Assembly (NCBI GenBank): GCA_041649315.1
Contig: JBAZNJ010000001.1
Span: forward strand, 284,549-348,548
DNA length: 64,000 bases
Direction: 5' to 3'
Source of the DNA: Patescibacteria group bacterium
Lineage (GTDB): Bacteria; Patescibacteriota; Patescibacteriia; Patescibacteriales; UBA12465
This document shows, one piece after another, positions 58,590-64,000 of the stretch; positions within the stretch are counted from its first letter, which is position 1, and each line of letters begins with the position of its first letter. The position numbers and the translations under genes are program-made. The notes under the pieces were generated by a model, which saw nothing but the letters and a program-made list of their open reading frames with translations, was not told the origin of the DNA and did no database searches.

Positions 58590-59120
58590 ATGAAAAAAAA
58601 TCTTATTAAATCCATATTCCTCCTTTTATTTTTAAGTTTTTTTCTTATCCTTCCGGGCCTTGTCTCGGCTCAAACGATAGATCCCTTGCCAGCGACTGTT
58701 TCGGCGCAACGAGATGATTATGTCCCGAGTCCGATAGACCCCTTGCCAGGCACTATCCCGACAAATGAGCCGAACCAATCTATTGTTACTTCGCCTTCCG
58801 GCTCAAGAGCCGCTTCCGGCGAAAGCCCGCTTTTAGGCCGCTTGAAAATCGTGGCGGAACGCGGCGGCTATAATACTGATCCGGCGGTCGCTTCTTCAGC
58901 TCGGATAATCGGATTAGTTGTTAGGGCTCTTCTCGGCTTCACCGGGCTTATCTTCATAGTTTTAATTATAATTAGTGGCTACACTTGGATGACCGCCTCC
59001 GGCAATGAAGAAAAAGTGAAAAAAGCGACTTCAACAATAAAAACCGCAGTAATCGGCTTAATCGTTTCTCTTTCCGCTTATACTCTTTGGACCTTTATTT
59101 TCCAAAGATTAATCAAATAG
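58590..59120 (+). CDS. TrbC/VirB2-like pilin 5 with Pro-rich repeat
   Basis: SGYTWMTASGNEEK; IDPLP occurs twice. Confidence 0.85.
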   Translation: MKKNLIKSIFLLLFLSFFLILPGLVSAQTIDPLPATVSAQRDDYVPSPIDPLPGTIPTNEPNQSIVTSPSGSRAASGESPLLGRLKIVAERGGYNTDPAVASSARIIGLVVRALLGFTGLIFIVLIIISGYTWMTASGNEEKVKKATSTIKTAVIGLIVSLSAYTLWTFIFQRLIK

Positions 59121-59124
59121 CTTT

Positions 59125-59544
59125 ATGAAAAAAACTTTTTTAATAATCGCTTTAATTTCCTTTATCGGCTTAAGCGGCGCCATAATCGCGGCACAAGCGC
59201 AGAGTCAGGGGTTGATAACCGACACGACGGCTTTAGAAACTTTAACGACTGATATGGCCTCGGCCGCCAATCTCGGCCAAACCGATATTGGGAATTTAGT
59301 CGCTTCTATAATTAGGATTGTTCTCGGTTTCTTAGGCATAATCTTCCTTGTCTTGACGATTGTTGCCGGCTTCCGTTGGATGACCGCCGGCGGCAATGAA
59401 GAACAAATAAAAAAAGCCCAGGGAATACTCCAGGCCGCGCTAATCGGCTTAGTTATCGTCCTGATGGCCTACGCAATAACTTACTTCGTCTTCAAATATC
59501 TACCGGTTAGCGGGGGCGGGGGTGGGATGCCTAATCCAAAATAA
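59125..59544 (+). CDS. TrbC/VirB2-like pilin 6
   Basis: AGFRWMTAGGNEEQ. Confidence 0.85.
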   Translation: MKKTFLIIALISFIGLSGAIIAAQAQSQGLITDTTALETLTTDMASAANLGQTDIGNLVASIIRIVLGFLGIIFLVLTIVAGFRWMTAGGNEEQIKKAQGILQAALIGLVIVLMAYAITYFVFKYLPVSGGGGGMPNPK

Positions 59545-59615
59545 ATTAATAAAATATTATTTAAAAAAGGATGTTTACACATCCTTTTTTTATTTTTTAG
59601 GTTTAGGTTTAACGT

Positions 59616-60320
59616 CTATCTCTCAGGCAACAAAACCATATAATCATATTTTTTGCCCTTATGATAGTATCCTATATTCCCCCCTGTTTTTTTTTGGATT
59701 GCCTTCCTGTCATAAGCGGATTCAAAAACTGTCAAATAAGTTCCCGGGCCAGGAATATTAAAAATAAATTCTCCTCCATTTGCCGAAAGATCCGTCCCTC
59801 GAAAAAAATTCCCAGGGCCTGTCACTGTAACAAATACCAATTCATTCCAATAATTTATTATGATGCCTTTCAAAGAATCTTTTTGTTGATTATTCTTACT
59901 GTATTCTATAACAGCATAGGCGTCGGCTACTGCTTCAGCATTCCCCTTTAACTTAACATCTTCAGTTTCATCTTTGCTGGTAGCATTTATAATAAAAATA
60001 TTATGAGCGTTTGTAAGTTCATAAATTTTATCATTATAAGAATCAATACGATTATTATTCAATTTAATCTGATTATTAATTACTTGAAACTTAGAGCTAT
60101 CAGACGAACTAATTAAAAGCGCTAATAATCGATTATTTTTTTGTTCTAAATCGTCAATTTCGTTATAGTATTTATTTATCTGTTTATTAAATACTTTATT
60201 TGACTTTTTAATTTCCCGAATACTTTTATCACCGAATGAAATTTGGCTTTGCCCATAAGCTTCTGTTCCGGCAACCGCTGCGATTACCAGAATAATAATT
60301 ACAACAATTTTTTTCATCAT
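59616..60320 (-). CDS. Hypothetical secreted protein
   Basis: Signal peptide, coiled-coil N-half, beta-rich C-half. Confidence 0.7.
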   Translation of the reverse strand: MMKKIVVIIILVIAAVAGTEAYGQSQISFGDKSIREIKKSNKVFNKQINKYYNEIDDLEQKNNRLLALLISSSDSSKFQVINNQIKLNNNRIDSYNDKIYELTNAHNIFIINATSKDETEDVKLKGNAEAVADAYAVIEYSKNNQQKDSLKGIIINYWNELVFVTVTGPGNFFRGTDLSANGGEFIFNIPGPGTYLTVFESAYDRKAIQKKTGGNIGYYHKGKKYDYMVLLPER

Positions 60321-60623
60321 TATCTGTTTTTTGGTTATTAAATATTTATTTTTTAAAGAGCGGTCTAACTAATGTCAAAAATCCGCTTTGTTTTTAATAA
60401 TCTTGAGAATTTTAACGCTTTTTATCGGTCAAAAATCTCTAAATTATTAAATAATTATATCATATTTATATATTTTTGTCAATAAGTTTTCCCCAGCCAT
60501 AATAGCGCCAGCTCTTGACTTTTTAAAGCGCCTGTGCTAAAGTAATCGGTCAAGAAAATCCCTGCTTTTATATCATTACTTATGGTAAAGTAGGGATTTT
60601 ATATTTGGCTAATATTAAATAAT

Positions 60624-61331
60624 ATGAAAATATTACAAAAATTAAGTGAGGAAGTTGTCCCTCTCAGTAGTAAGCAGGCCGTGGTCTTAATGACCATTAT
60701 CGCCTGCATTTTCCAATTCGTTCTCTTCTACGCGCCGGCCCTGGCCGAAGAAGCGGTGAGCCGCCAGATGACGGCGGAAGAAGAAAAATGGCGCCTGCTC
60801 GGGCAGGAAGATGCGCTTGCGGTAAGCGAGGAAGCGGCCTTAGAAAAACTTGCCGGATTAAAAGAAGAGGCCTCCGAGCTGATTGTGGCTAACGATTTAG
60901 TAATTAAAAGCGCAATCATGGATCCAGAAGCGGCTAAACTTATGGCCGAAGCCCAAAAGACCTATACGGTTGTCCGAACCAGCGTCCATGCGATGACCGC
61001 TTATAATTCCGAAGCGGCTCAAACCGATGCCAGCCCTTGTATTACGGCCAACGGCTTCAATGTCTGCGAGCATGGGATTGAAGACACTATCGCCGCCAAC
61101 TTTCTGAAATTCGGCACCAAGGTTCGTATTCCGGATTTATTCGGCGACCGGATTTTTATTGTCCGCGATCGGATGAACCAACGTTATCCGGATCGGGTTG
61201 ATATCTGGATGAAAGATAAAAGCGACGCCCTGCAATTTGGCGTTCGCACGGCTCGGATAGAAGTTATTGTTGAAGAAACTAAGCTCCCGGACAGCCAGGC
61301 CCCTAAAAATAGCCAAATCGCGAAAAAATAA
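60624..61331 (+). CDS. 3D-domain (lytic transglycosylase-like) protein
   Basis: TAYNS, TANG, IAAN, FGTKV, VRDRM and VDIWM motifs. Confidence 0.85.
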   Translation: MKILQKLSEEVVPLSSKQAVVLMTIIACIFQFVLFYAPALAEEAVSRQMTAEEEKWRLLGQEDALAVSEEAALEKLAGLKEEASELIVANDLVIKSAIMDPEAAKLMAEAQKTYTVVRTSVHAMTAYNSEAAQTDASPCITANGFNVCEHGIEDTIAANFLKFGTKVRIPDLFGDRIFIVRDRMNQRYPDRVDIWMKDKSDALQFGVRTARIEVIVEETKLPDSQAPKNSQIAKK

Positions 61332-61501
61332 ATTTAACCAAAAAAGGGAAATAATAAAATCAATTAAAATATAGAAGGCCGATGTGAAACGCTTGGTTAA
61401 AAAATTTATAATAAAACGCTAATTAAAATAAAAACGCCCTGATTCATTTACGTACTGAAGCGGGGCATTTTTATATGCTCTAAAAAATAAACCCGTGCGC
61501 C

Positions 61502-63913
61502 CTAAAAAAACAAACTTAATATCCCCTTGCTCCGCCGGATCTGTTTTTCTTTTTTAGTAATCGCCAAAGTCGTCGTAATAACCGTATCCGGATTTAAAGA
61601 TAAGCTATCAATTCCTTCTTCAACTAAAAATTCCGCGAAATCCGGAAAATCACTCGGACCCTGGCCGCAGATGCCAACTTTGCGGCCGCGTTTTTTTGCG
61701 GTTTTAATCAAAGACCGAATAAGTTCCTTGACCGCTTCATTTTTTTCATTAGAAACGCCGGCAATATTCAAGGTTCCGCCGGAATCGCGATCAATGCCTA
61801 AAGTAAGCTGGGTTAAATCATTGGAGCCGATTGAAAAACCGTCAAAAATATCGCAGAATTTATCCGCTAAAATTATATTAGACGGAATCTCGGCCATCAC
61901 ATAAATTTCCAAACCACCTTGGCCCCGGCACAAGCCGTTCTTGGCCATGATTTCCTGAACCCGGCGGCCTTCTTCAATCGTCCGGCAAAAAGGCACCATG
62001 ATTTTTAAATTCTTCAAGCCCATTTTTTCCCGAACTAAACGGATTGCCGCGCACTCCATCTCAAAAGCCGGCAAGAATTCCGACGCGTAATAACGGCTCG
62101 CCCCGCGCCAACCAATCATCGGATTAGCTTCTACCGGTTCATACTCCTGGCCGCCGATTAAATTAGCGTATTCATTGCTCTTAAAATCACTTAAACGCAA
62201 AATCACGTCTTTCGGATAGAAAGCGGCGGCAATCATCGCGATTCCTTGAGCCAGGCGGTCAATAAAATACTGCTTTTTATCATTATAACCGACGCTTAAC
62301 TTCGCGATTTTATTTTTTACCGCTTTATCCTTAAGCTTTCCGTAATTTATCAAGGCCAGGGGATGGATCTTAATATAATTATTGATAATAAATTCTATCC
62401 GGGCCAAACCGACGCCGTCATTTGGTATCTGGGAATTAAGAAAAGCCGTGTCCGGCTCGCCGATATTCATCATCATTTTTGTCTTGTTCTTAACTAAGCC
62501 CTTAACATCGGTCTTATCAACTTTATAGGGCAAGCGCCCCTCATAAACAAAACCGATCTCGCCTTCGGCACAGCTAACGGTCAGATCCCGGCCGCTCTTA
62601 ATCTTGCTCGTCGCGCCGAGAGCTCCGACCACGCAAGGAATCCCCATTTCCCGGGAAACAATGGCCGCATGGCAAGTCCGGCCGCCCTTGTCGGTAACAA
62701 TGGCCGAAGCGATTTTCATCACCGGCACCCAATCCGGATCAGTCATATCAGTCACTAAAACCTGGCCCGCTTTGAATTTATGAATATCCTTAACACTCAT
62801 TATTCGATTCGCTTCCCCGGCGCCAATCTTATTCCCAACGCTCTGGCCGCTCACGACAACCTTGCCGCGCTTCAGCAGTTTATAAGTTTCAATAACATTC
62901 CGATCCTTTTGGCTTTCAACGGTTTCCGGGCGCGCCTGGACAATATAGAGCTGATTATCGCGGCCGTCTAAAGCCCATTCAATATCCATCGGCCGCTTAT
63001 AATGTTTCTCAATCGCCAAGCCCCAAGCCGCTAATTTTTTAACCTGGGCATCATTTAAAGACGGCTTAATCTGTTCTGCCGGCGACAAAGCAATATTTTT
63101 AACCGGCTTGCGCCCGCTAGTATTATAAATCATTTTCATTGATTTTTTCCCGATGCGCCGGGAAATAATCGCACCAGTCGGCTTGAAAACATAAAATTCA
63201 TCCGGACTCACATGGCCTTGAACAATATTCTCGCCAAGACCAAAAATAGAATTTATCAAAACCGCATTCTGGAAACCGGATTCCGTATCAATCGTGAACA
63301 TCACGCCGGAAGAGCCGGAGTCAGCCCGGATCATCCGCTGGACGCCGACGGAAAGCGCAATGGAAAGATGATCAAATTTATTTTCTTCCCGATAAGCAAT
63401 GGCCCGATTCGTGAATAAGGACGCGATGCATTTTTTAATGGCAATTAAAAGATCAGCTTCGCCTTTTACATTCAAATAAGTTTCCTGCTGGCCGGCAAAG
63501 GAAGCGTCGGGCAGATCTTCGGCCGTCGCGCTGGAACGAACCGCGACATCAAGATTTTTAACTTTGCTTTCTTTTGATAAACGATGATAGGCCTTGATTA
63601 TCGCTTCTTTAAAATCTTTCGGAAATTCCGCGTCTAAGATTATTTTCCGCACCGTGGCCCCGCGCTTCATTAGATCCCGAACATCCTTGGCGTTAAGGCC
63701 TTTCAAGGCCGCTTTGATTTCTTTTTTTAAGCCGGACGCCTCTAAAAAATAGCGGTAGGCCGCGGCCGTAGTCGCAAAGCCGTTCGGGACTTTTATTCCT
63801 TTTTTAGCTAGTCGGACATACATCTCGCCAAGCGAAGCGTTCTTTCCACCGACTTTAGGGACATCTTTGATTGATAGTTCTTTAAAAAACCGGATAAAAT
63901 CCTTATTAGGCAT
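61502..63913 (-). CDS. ppsA: Phosphoenolpyruvate synthase
   Basis: VGGKNASLGEM, SSATAED, TCHAAIVSRE and FSIGSNDLTQL motifs. Confidence 0.97.
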   Translation of the reverse strand: MPNKDFIRFFKELSIKDVPKVGGKNASLGEMYVRLAKKGIKVPNGFATTAAAYRYFLEASGLKKEIKAALKGLNAKDVRDLMKRGATVRKIILDAEFPKDFKEAIIKAYHRLSKESKVKNLDVAVRSSATAEDLPDASFAGQQETYLNVKGEADLLIAIKKCIASLFTNRAIAYREENKFDHLSIALSVGVQRMIRADSGSSGVMFTIDTESGFQNAVLINSIFGLGENIVQGHVSPDEFYVFKPTGAIISRRIGKKSMKMIYNTSGRKPVKNIALSPAEQIKPSLNDAQVKKLAAWGLAIEKHYKRPMDIEWALDGRDNQLYIVQARPETVESQKDRNVIETYKLLKRGKVVVSGQSVGNKIGAGEANRIMSVKDIHKFKAGQVLVTDMTDPDWVPVMKIASAIVTDKGGRTCHAAIVSREMGIPCVVGALGATSKIKSGRDLTVSCAEGEIGFVYEGRLPYKVDKTDVKGLVKNKTKMMMNIGEPDTAFLNSQIPNDGVGLARIEFIINNYIKIHPLALINYGKLKDKAVKNKIAKLSVGYNDKKQYFIDRLAQGIAMIAAAFYPKDVILRLSDFKSNEYANLIGGQEYEPVEANPMIGWRGASRYYASEFLPAFEMECAAIRLVREKMGLKNLKIMVPFCRTIEEGRRVQEIMAKNGLCRGQGGLEIYVMAEIPSNIILADKFCDIFDGFSIGSNDLTQLTLGIDRDSGGTLNIAGVSNEKNEAVKELIRSLIKTAKKRGRKVGICGQGPSDFPDFAEFLVEEGIDSLSLNPDTVITTTLAITKKEKQIRRSKGILSLFF

Positions 63914-64000
63914 AATATTTTTTGATTAATTTTAATTTTTAAAAAATTTTAGCTAATTTATTTGTTCTCTTAAAAAAACCGCAAAATTGGCTGCTTTTTA

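Overview
64 kb of AT-rich bacterial chromosome in standard code 11. The gene content suggests Patescibacteria/CPR (Parcubacteria-ABY1-like), though this is inference: VirB2-like pilin array, short SMC, archaeal-type cmk, and tRNAs without encoded CCA. Housekeeping genes (uvrA, tsaD, tsaE, ychF, rpsF-ssb-rpsR-efp, rplS, smc, comM, ppsA, lspA, suhB, 7 tRNAs) alternate with small accessory blocks. The most unusual region is a ~9.4 kb island (~10970-20316) downstream of tRNA-Glu. It has no integrase but contains two repeat families. The first is a set of ~165-bp GC-rich structured units, each starting with an inverted copy of the tRNA T-arm and ending with a direct copy of the tRNA 3' end. Their stems covary, and a sibling at tRNA-Cys matches that tRNA's own T-arm. 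The second is a set of three att-junction-like repeats that divide the cargo into cassettes (NYN nuclease; hypothetical-Z1-Dcm module; Fic; IMP cyclohydrolase). Other notable items: two promoter-to-terminator structured ORF-free transcripts (8107-8363, 22120-22449), structured RNAs beside two NYN genes and one DUF3800 gene, a palindromic element whose core is flipped between its two copies, a DnaA-box cluster, a UvrA lacking its UvrB-binding domain, an SMC with no visible hinge, and six tandem pilins. All assignments were made by eye; no database searches were run.
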